From an uncultured Acidobacteriota bacterium (GTDB lineage Bacteria; Acidobacteriota; UBA6911), in NCBI GenBank assembly GCA_964534795.1, contig CAZHQK010000112.1, positions 2,277 to 66,276 of the forward strand: DNA of 64,000 nt, in the 5' to 3' direction. The notes under the pieces were generated by a model, which worked only from the letters and a program-made list of their open reading frames with translations, was not told the origin of the DNA and did not search any database. How positions within the stretch are numbered: position 1 is the stretch's first letter; every line of letters begins with the position of its first letter. The position numbers and the translations under genes are program-made. This document shows positions 44,061 to 53,780 of the stretch, piece after piece.

Positions 44061-45153
44061 GGAAACGGAAGAGCACAACGTCGGCGTCCTGTATAGGATA
44101 ATCCTTCCCCTCGATGCGCAGCAGCCCCTTGCTGCGTGCGGCCTGGAAGGATCCCGCCGCCAGCATGTCCTCGAAGCGAACCACCTCGGCCTTGATGAAA
44201 CCGCGCTCGAAATCCGTATGGATCATGCCGGCCGCCTTGAGAGCCGGCGTGCCTTCGGGCACGGCCCATGCACGCGCCTCGCTTTCGCTGACGGTGTAAA
44301 ACGAGACAAGACGAAGCAGCGAGTACGAGCGCGCGATCACGCGCGCCGGACCGCTCTCGGGCAATCCCATGTCTTCCATGAACGCACGGGCATCGTGCGG
44401 CGGCAGCGCCGCGATCTCGGCCTCGATCTTGCCGCAGACGGCCGCGAGCGCCGTGTTGCGCCACCCTGCGTAGGATTCGAGGCCGTAGGCGTCGACGACA
44501 CGCGGGATCGTTGCCGCCTGGTCGTCGCCGAGGTTGAGGACGACGAGCAGCGGCTTGGCGGAAAGAAAGGTGAAGCCGCGCGTCAGACGCTTCTCCTCCT
44601 CGGAAAGCTCCAGCTCGCGCAGCGGCCGCTCGCGCTCCAGGACGGCGCGGAAGCGCGCGAGCACCTCGTGTTCGCGCTCGAGCTCCGCGCTCTTGATCTT
44701 CTTGAGATCCCTGGACAGCCGTTCCAGCCGCCTTTCGACCAGGGACAGGTCCAAGAGCACCATCTCGAGTTCAAGAAGCCGTATGTCGCGCGCCGGATCC
44801 ACCGTTCCCTCCGGGTGGGGGACGCGATCGTCGTCGAAGGCGCGCACGACATGAACCAGAGCCTCGGCGTTCTTCAAGGCGGCGAGGCCGGCCGCCCAAG
44901 GCTCCGAGTCGCCGCGCGCGCCCTCCTGCCGGGTGATCGCGGGAAGATCCACATATTCCATCGTTGCGTGCGTGACCTTGCGCGGCCGCGTGATCTCGGC
45001 GAGGCGATCCAGCCTGGGATCGGGCACCCGGGCCACACCGACATGAACTTCGTCATGCCCTCCCCATGCCCGCAGATCCGCGCTTCCATGCGTGAGCATG
45101 TTGAAAAGCGTGCTCTTGCCCGCCCGGGGCAGCCCGACGATCCCGAATCTCAT
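44053..45153 (-). CDS. ychF: redox-regulated ATPase YchF
   Basis: MRFGIVGLPRAGKSTLFN...; C-terminal TGS-like ...IHTDFERGFIKAEV... Confidence 0.9.
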   Translation of the reverse strand: MRFGIVGLPRAGKSTLFNMLTHGSADLRAWGGHDEVHVGVARVPDPRLDRLAEITRPRKVTHATMEYVDLPAITRQEGARGDSEPWAAGLAALKNAEALVHVVRAFDDDRVPHPEGTVDPARDIRLLELEMVLLDLSLVERRLERLSRDLKKIKSAELEREHEVLARFRAVLERERPLRELELSEEEKRLTRGFTFLSAKPLLVVLNLGDDQAATIPRVVDAYGLESYAGWRNTALAAVCGKIEAEIAALPPHDARAFMEDMGLPESGPARVIARSYSLLRLVSFYTVSESEARAWAVPEGTPALKAAGMIHTDFERGFIKAEVVRFEDMLAAGSFQAARSKGLLRIEGKDYPIQDADVVLFRFHV

Positions 45154-45360
45154 GCGGCCGGTCCCCCATCCGGAAGCCGTGCCGATTCTAACACGGCGGG
45201 ATGCGGATCGACCGCACGGGCGAAGCCAGCGCTCCACAGCGTGATCCTGAACGGTGCGGCGGGCGGCCCGGCGCGAGCCTTCCCATAAGCCTCTGTTGTT
45301 TCAAGACGTTACAAAAAGCCGCCACAGGAGCGACACACCGCAAAAAGTTTCAAGATTTTC

Positions 45361-45389
45361 TTGACACGGCCCGAAAGGGGCAATATCGT
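45361..45389 (+). promoter_or_regulatory. candidate Pmra promoter
   Basis: TTGACA (45361-45366), 17-nt spacer, TATCGT, preceded by an AT-rich stretch with GTTTCAAGA repeated at 45298 and 45347. Confidence 0.4.
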
Positions 45390-45396
45390 AGGCCCC

Positions 45397-45420
45397 GTGG
45401 TCCAAAGTGGCCTAAAGTGG
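45397..45420 (+). promoter_or_regulatory. MraZ operator-like triple direct repeat
   Basis: GTGGtccaaaGTGGcctaaaGTGG: GTGG boxes at 45397, 45407 and 45417 with exact 10-bp phasing, the last two as AAAGTGG. It starts 8 nt downstream of the -10 element. Confidence 0.55.
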
Positions 45421-45504
45421 TTTAGCGGACCACTTTTGACCCTCATTTCTCACGTCGTCGACGAGATCTTTCCAGAAATTTGGTTGTAGTTTTTCGGGAA
45501 GTCG

Positions 45505-45945
45505 ATGCTTGCGGGCAGTTATCCGGCCAAAGTGGACCAGAAGTTCCGGCTGAAGATCCCGGCGAAGTTTCGCCGGGAGCTCGAGGAGATGGGAGACACT
45601 TCCTTTTACGTCACCAGCGAGGACGGCAGGTGCGGCAAGATTTATCCCCAGGCCGTGTGGAAGCGGCTCGAGGAAAAGCTCAAGGAACCGCCGCGCATGG
45701 CTCCCGCCAAGATCAAGCTTGAAAGAAACCTGGATTACTACGGCGTCTCCACCCAGATGGATTCGCAGGGGCGCGTCCTGATTCCCCAGTTCCTGCGCGA
45801 GGACGCGCAAATCGCCGGGGAGGTCCTGGTGATCGGCAGGTTGGATCATCTGGAAGTATGGAACATCGAGATATTCCGCAAGGAACTCAAGGAGCAGCCG
45901 CTGACGGACGCCGATCGCGAGAAGCTGGCCGAATACGGGTTCTGA
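45505..45945 (+). CDS. mraZ: transcriptional regulator MraZ
   Basis: MLAGSYPAKVDQKFRLKIPAKFR...DSQGRVLIPQFLRE... (two SpoVT/AbrB-like halves). Confidence 0.9.
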   Translation: MLAGSYPAKVDQKFRLKIPAKFRRELEEMGDTSFYVTSEDGRCGKIYPQAVWKRLEEKLKEPPRMAPAKIKLERNLDYYGVSTQMDSQGRVLIPQFLREDAQIAGEVLVIGRLDHLEVWNIEIFRKELKEQPLTDADREKLAEYGF

Positions 45946-45975
45946 AACGGGCGCCCCAGCGGGCGCATCATCGCA

Positions 45976-46968
45976 ATGTCACGAGCGGCTCTTAGGGCGA
46001 ACACGATGGAAGGCAGGCAAGCGCAACACTCGCCCGTGATGCTCGATGAAGTGCTCGACCTTCTGTGCTGCCGCCCGGGCGGCGTTTTCGTCGACGCCAC
46101 CATCGGCCTCGGCGGCCACGCCCTGGCGATCCTGGAGCGCATCGGCCCCGCGGGCCTGCTGATCGGGATCGACCGCGACAAGGAATCGCTCGAGATCGCG
46201 GCCGGCCGACTGGCCGGCCATTCCGGCCGGGTGCGCCTGGTTCACGACAATTTCCGCAACCTGCCCCTCATCCTCAACAACCTCGCCGTCGGGCCCATCG
46301 ACGGCATCCTCGCCGATCTGGGCGTTTCATCCTATCAGCTGGCCAGCGGGGAGAGAGGCTTCAGTTTCCAGAGCGACGCCCCCCTCGACATGCGCATGGA
46401 CCGCAGCCAGCGCCTTACCGCCGCCGACCTGGTCAACGATCTCGACGAGGAGGAGCTGGCCGGGATCATCCGCCGCTACGGCGAGGAGCGCGCGGCGCGC
46501 CGGATCGCCGCCGCCATCGTCCGCGCACGGCAGCGCGCCCGCATCGCGCGCTGCGCCCAGCTGGCCGACATCGTCGCGCGCGCCTGCAGCCGGCCGGGAC
46601 CGGAGCGCATCCACCCGGCGACCCGGACCTTCCAGGCGCTGCGCATCGCCGTCAACCGCGAGCTCGAAGGACTCGACGGTTTCTGCGCCGAAGCGCTTTC
46701 CTTCCTGCGGCCCGGCGGCCGCCTGGTGGTCGTCGCCTTCCACTCGTTGGAAGACCGCATCGTCAAGAGATCGTTCCGCCTGCTGTGCGGGCAGTGCGTG
46801 TGCGAGCGGCCGCGCCCGCTGTGCACGTGCCCGCGCGTGCCCCGGGCGCGCCTGCTGACGCCGCGCGCCCTGCGCCCGACGGCCTCCGAGCTCGACGCCA
46901 ACCCGAGGGCGCGCAGCGCCCGGCTGCGCGCCCTCGAGCGCCTGCCGGAAACCGGAACAACGTCATGA
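45976..46968 (+). CDS. rsmH: 16S rRNA (cytosine1402-N4)-methyltransferase
   Basis: HSPVMLDEVLDLL...FVDATIGLGGHA...GIDRD...GILADLGVSSYQL...RGFSF...VVAFHSLEDRIVK. The start could be ATG 46006. Confidence 0.9.
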   Translation: MSRAALRANTMEGRQAQHSPVMLDEVLDLLCCRPGGVFVDATIGLGGHALAILERIGPAGLLIGIDRDKESLEIAAGRLAGHSGRVRLVHDNFRNLPLILNNLAVGPIDGILADLGVSSYQLASGERGFSFQSDAPLDMRMDRSQRLTAADLVNDLDEEELAGIIRRYGEERAARRIAAAIVRARQRARIARCAQLADIVARACSRPGPERIHPATRTFQALRIAVNRELEGLDGFCAEALSFLRPGGRLVVVAFHSLEDRIVKRSFRLLCGQCVCERPRPLCTCPRVPRARLLTPRALRPTASELDANPRARSARLRALERLPETGTTS

Positions 46969-47064
46969 GGAGATGCCCTTGGATCGACCAACCCGCTCTG
47001 CCGCACCCTCCCGGCTCCGGCCGGAACCGGAGCGAAGGCGCGGCATGAAACGGAGGATGAAGCG

Positions 47065-47490
47065 ATGATCGACCTGGCCGGTGGAATGGAAGCCCGCAAC
47101 GGTTGCATCCGGCACCGCACCCACGGGCGCAGCTTTGCGGAAATGCTCATGGCGACGCTGACGCTTCTCACGATCGCAGGGGCGGTTCTCTTTTACCTCT
47201 GGGTGCGCTTCCGCGTCACCGAGATCGGGTACGAAACGCAGGAGCTCCGCAAGACCGAGGCCGCACTGGAGCGCACGCGCGCGGCCCTGGTGCTCGAGGA
47301 GGAGACCCTGAAGCATCCGCAGCGGATCGAACACATCGCGCGCAACGAGCTCGGCATGTTCCCCGTGCAACCGGGCCAGCTGCTGCCGGCGGGAGTCAGC
47401 GACCTGGAAGCCGTTGCTCCGACTTCGCTGGCCATGGCCGGCATCCCTTACAAAGGCGGCACCCCCCGCAGAAACATTCCGGCTAACTGA
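47065..47490 (+). CDS. ftsL: cell division protein FtsL
   Basis: Position between rsmH and ftsI. Single TM LMATLTLLTIAGAVLFYLWV followed by a coiled coil. The start is uncertain. Confidence 0.6.
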   Translation: MIDLAGGMEARNGCIRHRTHGRSFAEMLMATLTLLTIAGAVLFYLWVRFRVTEIGYETQELRKTEAALERTRAALVLEEETLKHPQRIEHIARNELGMFPVQPGQLLPAGVSDLEAVAPTSLAMAGIPYKGGTPRRNIPAN

Positions 47491-47492
47491 CC

Positions 47493-49589
47493 ATGTCGCC
47501 CAGCGGCCATCTGCTCCATCCCGGGAGAGTCGCTCTGATCGCAGGCGGCATTTTCCTCTGGATGCTCCTGATCCTGGCGCGCCTGGTGCAGCTGCAGGTC
47601 TTCAAGCATGAGACATTCCTCAAGCTCGCCCGGGAAAGCCGGGAAGTGACGCGCCCCGTGCCGGCGCCGCGCGGCATCATTTACGACTGCCACATGGACG
47701 AGCTCGCGACCAGCATCACGGTCAAGACCGTCACGGCCGAGCCGAGAAGAATCAAGGACATCGCCGCGGCCGCACGGGATCTGGCGCGCGTCCTCGATCT
47801 CGACCCCGAGAAACTCTACCGCCGCATGAGCGATCCCGCCCGGCGCTCCTATCTCGTGGTCAAGCGCCGCATCGATCCCAAGGACGAAGAGCCGGTCGCA
47901 GCGCTCGGCATCGACGGGACCTACCTGCAGGAAGACAGCATGCGCGTCTATCCCAACCGCGAGCTGGCGTGCCACGTACTGGGGTTCGTCAACCTGGAAG
48001 GGGAGGCGGGCGGCGGCCTGGAACTGCAATACGACCGGGAGCTCAAAGGGGCGCCCGGGCTGATCTCCTACAACGTGGATGCACTGGGGCGGTCGTTTCA
48101 CGGCGAGGTCCGCCAGGCGCCCGTCCAGGGCCACTCGCTGATCTTGAGCCTCGACAAATCGATCCAGTATATCGCCGAAAGGGAGCTCCGCGCCGGAGTC
48201 GAGCAGGCGCGCGCGGCTGCGGGCACCGCCATCGTCATGGAGCCCGACACGGGACGCATCCTGGCGCTCGCCAACTACCCGGGCTTCAACCTGAATCTCT
48301 TCAACGAGGCGGCGCCCGCCCTGTGGCGCAACCGGGCGGTGACGGACATTTTCGAGCCGGGCTCGACCTTCAAGGTGGTCGTGGCGGCCGCGGCGCTCGA
48401 GGCCGGCCTGGCGCGCCCCGACGAGTGGATCGACTGCCAGATGGGGCGCATCGCGATCGGGCGCCACGTGTTTCACGATCACAAGCCCTACGGCATGCTC
48501 ACCTTCACCCAGGTGCTGGAGCACTCCTCCAACGTGGGCGCGGCCAAGCTCGGCCTGCGTCTCGGCCCCGAGCGGCTCCACGAGGCTTTGCGCACATTCG
48601 GCTTCGGCGCGAAAACGGGCGTCGATCTTCCCGGGGAAATCGTCGGCCTGGTGCGCGACCTGCGCGACTGGTCCGGGTTGTCCATCGGCGCCATATCCTT
48701 CGGCCAGGAAGTGGGGGTGACATCGCTGCAGATCCTGCGGGCCATCAACGCGGTCGCCAGCGGCGGCTACCTCGTGCGCCCCACGCTGGTCGACCGCGTG
48801 ATCGACGAGCAGGGAAACCTCCTGCGCGTCACCAGGCCCGAGGCCCGCCGCATTCTCAGCCCGGCCACCGCCGCCGCCCTGCGCGATGCCTTCGAGGGCG
48901 TCGTCGTGCGCGGCACGGGCCGCAAAGCCTCCATGGAGGGCTACCGCTGCGCCGGCAAGACCGGCACCGCACAGAAGATCGTCGACGGCCGCTACTCGGA
49001 CTCCAAATACCTGGCTTCCTTCATCGGCTTCGCTCCGCTGCCGCTACCGCGCATCACGGTGCTGGTCCAGATCGACGAACCCAGGGGAAAGATCTACGGC
49101 GGCGATGTCGCCGCGCCGATTTTCGCCCGGATCGTCCAGCAGACGCTGATCCATCTCAAGGTCCCCCCGGACCGCTCCGTCGTCCGGCCGCCCTTCAATC
49201 CCAAGCTGGCCTCTTCGTCGCAGGACTATTTCCCGAACGCCGTGCCGATCGCCCCGCTCCCTGCGCCGACGGCCGAAGCGGCCGCGCCGGATCCGGACAT
49301 CGTCATGCCGGCCGGGCCGGACAGTCTGACAATGCCCGACTTTCGCGGGCTGGCCAAGCGCGATGTCGTGCGCCGCTGCCGCGAACTGGGACTCGAGTTG
49401 CGCACGCGCGGCTCGGGCAGCGCCGTCGGGCAGGAACCGCCGCCCGGAGCCCTCGTCGCCCAGGGCGACTTCTGCACCGTGATCTTCGCGCGTGCGCCGG
49501 TTGCCGAGGTCTCCGACGCGACGCGGCCGGCGGCTGCCGGCGGCGCCAACGCCCGACAACCGGTTCTTACCGCGCCCCCGCGCCGCTGA
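47493..49589 (+). CDS. ftsI: peptidoglycan D,D-transpeptidase FtsI (class B PBP) with C-terminal PASTA domain
   Basis: STFK (GSTFKVV), SSN (HSSNVG) and KTGT (GKTGTA). C-terminal MPDFRGLAKRDVVRRCRELGLELRTRGSGSAVGQEPPPGALVAQGDFCTVIF. Confidence 0.9.
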   Translation: MSPSGHLLHPGRVALIAGGIFLWMLLILARLVQLQVFKHETFLKLARESREVTRPVPAPRGIIYDCHMDELATSITVKTVTAEPRRIKDIAAAARDLARVLDLDPEKLYRRMSDPARRSYLVVKRRIDPKDEEPVAALGIDGTYLQEDSMRVYPNRELACHVLGFVNLEGEAGGGLELQYDRELKGAPGLISYNVDALGRSFHGEVRQAPVQGHSLILSLDKSIQYIAERELRAGVEQARAAAGTAIVMEPDTGRILALANYPGFNLNLFNEAAPALWRNRAVTDIFEPGSTFKVVVAAAALEAGLARPDEWIDCQMGRIAIGRHVFHDHKPYGMLTFTQVLEHSSNVGAAKLGLRLGPERLHEALRTFGFGAKTGVDLPGEIVGLVRDLRDWSGLSIGAISFGQEVGVTSLQILRAINAVASGGYLVRPTLVDRVIDEQGNLLRVTRPEARRILSPATAAALRDAFEGVVVRGTGRKASMEGYRCAGKTGTAQKIVDGRYSDSKYLASFIGFAPLPLPRITVLVQIDEPRGKIYGGDVAAPIFARIVQQTLIHLKVPPDRSVVRPPFNPKLASSSQDYFPNAVPIAPLPAPTAEAAAPDPDIVMPAGPDSLTMPDFRGLAKRDVVRRCRELGLELRTRGSGSAVGQEPPPGALVAQGDFCTVIFARAPVAEVSDATRPAAAGGANARQPVLTAPPRR

Positions 49590-49601
49590 GTCGAGGTTTC
49601 C

Positions 49602-51086
49602 ATGCTTCTGGAAGATCTGATGCGCGCGATTCCGGGAACCTCGGCACGAGGGGATACGCGCGTCGAAATCCGCGGCCTGTGCTGCGACTCCCGGCAGGCG
49701 GCGCCGGGATTCCTTTTCGTCGCCCTGCGCGGCGCGCGCGACGACGGCAACCGATACGTCGGCGACGCGCTCGCCCGCGGAGCCGTCGCCCTCGCCTCCG
49801 AGCAGGAGCCGGACGCGCCCGAAGGAATCCCGTGCCTCAAGGTCGCCGACGCACGCTGCTTCCTGGCGGAAGCGGCGCGCATCTTTTACGGCGATCCCGC
49901 GGCCCGGATGAAACTGGCGGCCGTGACCGGCACCAACGGCAAGACCACGACCGCCTGGCTCATCGATTCGATCTTCCGGCAGGCCGGGCTGCGCAGCTGC
50001 CTCGCGGGCACGCTGGGCATGAGAGCGGGCGCGAACCTCCATCCGAGCTCCTTCACCACGCCGGAAGCCTGCGAGCTGGCCCGCTTCCTGCGCACGGCGC
50101 TCGACGAGGGGTGCACCCACGGGGCGCTCGAGGTCTCCTCCCACGCGCTGGCGAGCCGGCGGGTGTTCGGCATGAAATTCCACGCGGCCGCATTCTCCAA
50201 TCTCACCCCCGAGCACCTGGATTTCCACGGGGACATGGAGTCCTACTATGCCGCCAAGCGACTGCTCTTCACCGCCGCCGGCCGCAACGGCGTCGAAGTC
50301 GCCGCCATCAACGCCGACGACCCCTACGGCCGGCGCCTGATCGGCGAGGCGGAATGCCGGGTCGTGCGCTACGGCATCGAGGAACCGGCCGAGGTGCGGC
50401 TGCTTCGGGCCGCGAAGCGCGCCGACGGCAGCGACATCGCCGCGGCCACGCCCGCCGGCGACATCGCCCTGCGCACGCGCCTCATCGGAACGCCCAACAT
50501 CTACAACGTGCTCGCCGCCATCGCCGTCGCGCTCTCGTTCGGCATCGATACGGCCGCGATCCGCGCCGGCATCGAGGCCGTCGCCGCCATCCCCGGAAGG
50601 CTCGAGCTCGTGAGCGCCGGGCAGGATTTCACGGTGCTGGTCGACTACGCCCACACTCCCGACGCCCTGGCCAAGCTGCTGGAAACCGTGGCCGAGCTGC
50701 CCCACCGGCGCATCATCACGGTCTTCGGATGCGGCGGCGACCGCGACCGCCGCAAGCGCCCGCTTATGGGCGAAATCGCCGGCCGGCTCAGCGACCAGGT
50801 CATCGCCACCTCGGACAACCCCAGGAGCGAGGACCCGCTGGCGATCCTGGCGGAGATCGAGCCCGGGCTGCGCCGCGCGGGCGCGGCCTACCGCATCGAA
50901 CCGGACCGGCGCCGCGCCATCGCGCTGGCCGTGTCGATGGCCCGCCGCGGCGACGCAGTGGTGATCGCGGGCAAAGGTCATGAGGATTATCAGATCGTGG
51001 GGACCCAGGTGCTGCCGTTCGACGACCGCGCCGTCGCCCGCGAGGCGCTCGCGCGGCTGCACGACACTCAAGGAGCTCGGAACTGA
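49602..51086 (+). CDS. murE: UDP-MurNAc-L-Ala-D-Glu:meso-DAP ligase
   Basis: AVTGTNGKTTT...DYAHTPDAL...GCGGDRDRRKRPLMG...SDNPRSEDP. Confidence 0.9.
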   Translation: MLLEDLMRAIPGTSARGDTRVEIRGLCCDSRQAAPGFLFVALRGARDDGNRYVGDALARGAVALASEQEPDAPEGIPCLKVADARCFLAEAARIFYGDPAARMKLAAVTGTNGKTTTAWLIDSIFRQAGLRSCLAGTLGMRAGANLHPSSFTTPEACELARFLRTALDEGCTHGALEVSSHALASRRVFGMKFHAAAFSNLTPEHLDFHGDMESYYAAKRLLFTAAGRNGVEVAAINADDPYGRRLIGEAECRVVRYGIEEPAEVRLLRAAKRADGSDIAAATPAGDIALRTRLIGTPNIYNVLAAIAVALSFGIDTAAIRAGIEAVAAIPGRLELVSAGQDFTVLVDYAHTPDALAKLLETVAELPHRRIITVFGCGGDRDRRKRPLMGEIAGRLSDQVIATSDNPRSEDPLAILAEIEPGLRRAGAAYRIEPDRRRAIALAVSMARRGDAVVIAGKGHEDYQIVGTQVLPFDDRAVAREALARLHDTQGARN

Positions 51087-51159
51087 AGTGAGCTTCGTCA
51101 CCAATCTCACGATTCACGACCTGCGCTACAACGGCACACGACCGGCGACGGCTACACTC

Positions 51160-52581
51160 ATGGATATGATCATGCAACAGATCACAGCAGCCCAGGTGGA
51201 AGCGTGCACCGGGGGCGCCCTGATCCGCGGGCCCCGCTCCCTCGTCTTCTCCGGGGTTTCCATCGACAGCCGCACCTTGCGCGCCGGCGACCTCTTCTTC
51301 GCCATCCGCGGCCGGCACCACGACGGCCACGGTTTCATCGCCGCCGCCCTCGAGCGCGGGGCGGCAGGCGCCGTGATCGACGACCGGCAGGCCCCCCCGG
51401 CGGACTTCCCCGCCGACCGCGTTCTCCTGCAGGTGCGCGATACCCATCAGGCGCTCAAGGATCTGGCCGCGGAGGTCCGGCGGCGCTGGCAGGGCAGCCT
51501 GGTGGCCGTGACGGGCAGCATGGGCAAGACCACGACCAAGGAGTTCGCCTATCACGTGCTCAGGACGGAGTTCAGCGTCTACCGCTCGGCCGGCAACCTC
51601 AACAACCTCTTCGGCCTCCCCCTCGCCCTGTTCGGTCTCAGCCCCGACGACCACATCGGCATATTCGAGATGGGGATGAGCGCCCCGGGCGAAATCCGCG
51701 AGATGTGCGCCGTCGCGCGGCCCGACGTCGGGATCATCATCAATGTCGCGCCCGTGCATCTGGAATTCTTCGGCAGCCTCGAGGAAATCGCGCGCGCCAA
51801 GGGCGAACTGGCCGAGGGATTGCGGCCCGACGGAACGTTGGTCTACAACGCCGCCGACCCGCTGGTGCGCGGCATCGCATCGCGCTTCCCGGGCAACCGC
51901 GTCTCCTTCGCCCTGTCGGCGGCCGCCGACGTGCGCGCCGACGAAATCGAGGTGCTCGGTCTCGACGAGACCCGCTTCCGGCTGACCTGCGGCGGACTGT
52001 CTTGGAGCGCGACGATACCTCTGGGCGGCGCGCACTATGTCGCCAACGCCCTGGCGGCGGTCGCCCTGGGGCGGCACTACCGGGTGGCGATGGAGCAGAT
52101 CATCGAGGGCTTGCGCTCCCTGCAGCCGGTCGGCATGCGCGGCCAGGTCGTGCGCTTCCGGGAAGGAATCACGGTCATCGACGATTCCTACAACTCCAAT
52201 CCCAGGGCCCTGTGCAGCATGATCGAAACCCTGGCGCAGGTGCGCTCGTGCACGCGCCGCATCCTGGTGGCCGGAGAGATGCTGGAGCTCGGGCCGACGG
52301 CCGCGGCGCTCCATTACGACTGCGGCGTGTTCGCCGCCGAGCACGGTCTCGACATGGTGGTCGGCGTGCAGGGGGCGGCGCGCGAGATCGTGCGCGGCGC
52401 CGTGCAGGCCGGCCTGCCGGAGACGCGCGCCTGGTTCTTCTCCCAGGTCGAGCCGGCGGCGGACTTCCTTCTGCGGCAGCTGCGCGCGGGAGATCTCGTC
52501 CTGATCAAAGGTTCGCGCGGCGTGCGCCTGGAAAGAATCCTGGCGCAGCTGCAATCGACATTCACAGCGCAGGCGTCCTGA
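51160..52581 (+). CDS. murF: UDP-MurNAc-tripeptide:D-Ala-D-Ala ligase
   Basis: ...[17 protein letters not shown]...[13 protein letters not shown]...DDSYNSNP... The start is uncertain (GTG 51088 or ATG 51160/51172). Confidence 0.85.
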   Translation: MDMIMQQITAAQVEACTGGALIRGPRSLVFSGVSIDSRTLRAGDLFFAIRGRHHDGHGFIAAALERGAAGAVIDDRQAPPADFPADRVLLQVRDTHQALKDLAAEVRRRWQGSLVAVTGSMGKTTTKEFAYHVLRTEFSVYRSAGNLNNLFGLPLALFGLSPDDHIGIFEMGMSAPGEIREMCAVARPDVGIIINVAPVHLEFFGSLEEIARAKGELAEGLRPDGTLVYNAADPLVRGIASRFPGNRVSFALSAAADVRADEIEVLGLDETRFRLTCGGLSWSATIPLGGAHYVANALAAVALGRHYRVAMEQIIEGLRSLQPVGMRGQVVRFREGITVIDDSYNSNPRALCSMIETLAQVRSCTRRILVAGEMLELGPTAAALHYDCGVFAAEHGLDMVVGVQGAAREIVRGAVQAGLPETRAWFFSQVEPAADFLLRQLRAGDLVLIKGSRGVRLERILAQLQSTFTAQAS

Positions 52582-53696
52582 TGCTCTACTACGCGTTCGA
52601 TTACCTGCACCAGTTCATTCCGCCCTTCCGGGTGTTCCAGTACGTGACCTTCCGCACCGCCGCGGCGGGCCTGAGCGCCCTCCTGCTCTGCCTGGCGCTC
52701 GGCCCCTGGATGATCGCACGCCTGCAGCGGTTCCAGGTGGGGCAGCAGATCCGCGAGGACGGCCCCGCCTCCCACAGAAACAAGGCCGGCACGCCCACGA
52801 TGGGAGGCATCCTGATCCTGATCGGCATCCTTCTTCCCACGCTCCTGTGGGCCAACCTGGCGAACCTCTTCATCTGGGTGGCGGTGGGCGCAACCGTGCT
52901 CTTCGGCCTGGTCGGCTTCGCCGACGACTACGCCAAGATCGTCCACAAGAAATCGCTGGGCCTGCGCGGGCGGAGCAAGCTCGCCTGCCAGTGCCTGATC
53001 TCCCTGGCCATCTGCGTCGCCCTCTATTATCTGGCGGCCCACGGCTATTACAGCACGCGCCTGAGCGTCCCGTTCTTCAAGAACTTCACACCGGAACTCG
53101 ACCTGTGGCACATTCCCGGGATACCCATCGCCCTGCCGCTGGCATTCCTGGTGACGTTCTTCATCGTGGGATCCTCGAACGCCGTCAATCTCACCGACGG
53201 ACTCGACGGCCTGGCGGCCGGTTGCACCGTGATCGCCGCCTCGGCGCTCACGGTCCTGTGCTATGTGAGCGGGCACGCCCGCTTTGCCGAATACCTGGAC
53301 CTGATCAAGAACAACTACGCGGCCGAGCTGACGATCTTCTGCGGCGCCATGGTGGGCGCCACCCTCGGCTTTCTCTGGTACAACGCCCACCCGGCCCAGA
53401 TCTTCATGGGCGACGTCGGCTCCCTGGCGCTGGGCGGTGCGATCGGCACCGTGGCGGTCCTGGTCAAGCAGGAGTTCCTGCTGCCCATGATCGGAGGGGT
53501 TTTCGTGCTCGAGGCGCTGTCGGTCATACTGCAGGTGGTCTCGTTCCAGTCCACCGGCAAGCGCATTTTCCGCATGGCGCCTCTGCACCATCACTTTGAA
53601 CTGAGCGGCTGGACGGAAAGCCAGGTGGTGATCCGTTTCTGGATCGCCGCCATCGTGTTCGCGCTTTTCAGCCTGACGACCCTGAAACTGCGATGA
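52581..53696 (+). CDS. mraY: phospho-N-acetylmuramoyl-pentapeptide transferase
   Basis: The ATG overlaps the murF stop (TGATG). ...[12 protein letters not shown]...GFADDYAKI...[13 protein letters not shown]...[11 protein letters not shown]...APLHHHFEL. Confidence 0.95.
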   Translation: MLYYAFDYLHQFIPPFRVFQYVTFRTAAAGLSALLLCLALGPWMIARLQRFQVGQQIREDGPASHRNKAGTPTMGGILILIGILLPTLLWANLANLFIWVAVGATVLFGLVGFADDYAKIVHKKSLGLRGRSKLACQCLISLAICVALYYLAAHGYYSTRLSVPFFKNFTPELDLWHIPGIPIALPLAFLVTFFIVGSSNAVNLTDGLDGLAAGCTVIAASALTVLCYVSGHARFAEYLDLIKNNYAAELTIFCGAMVGATLGFLWYNAHPAQIFMGDVGSLALGGAIGTVAVLVKQEFLLPMIGGVFVLEALSVILQVVSFQSTGKRIFRMAPLHHHFELSGWTESQVVIRFWIAAIVFALFSLTTLKLR

Positions 53697-53780
53697 CACA
53701 TCGAAGCGGCACCAAACGGGCCGGGCAGCGGCGGGAAACGCCCGCCGCGCGCCCGCATTCCGGCCGGAGGAAGGCGACCG

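Noticed and set aside
36905-44096. Long plus-strand ORFs (36905..39274 and 41391..44096) opposite tamB and bamA
   Set aside because: These are GC shadow ORFs. The minus-strand products have clear TamB/BamA architecture and coupled start/stop codons.
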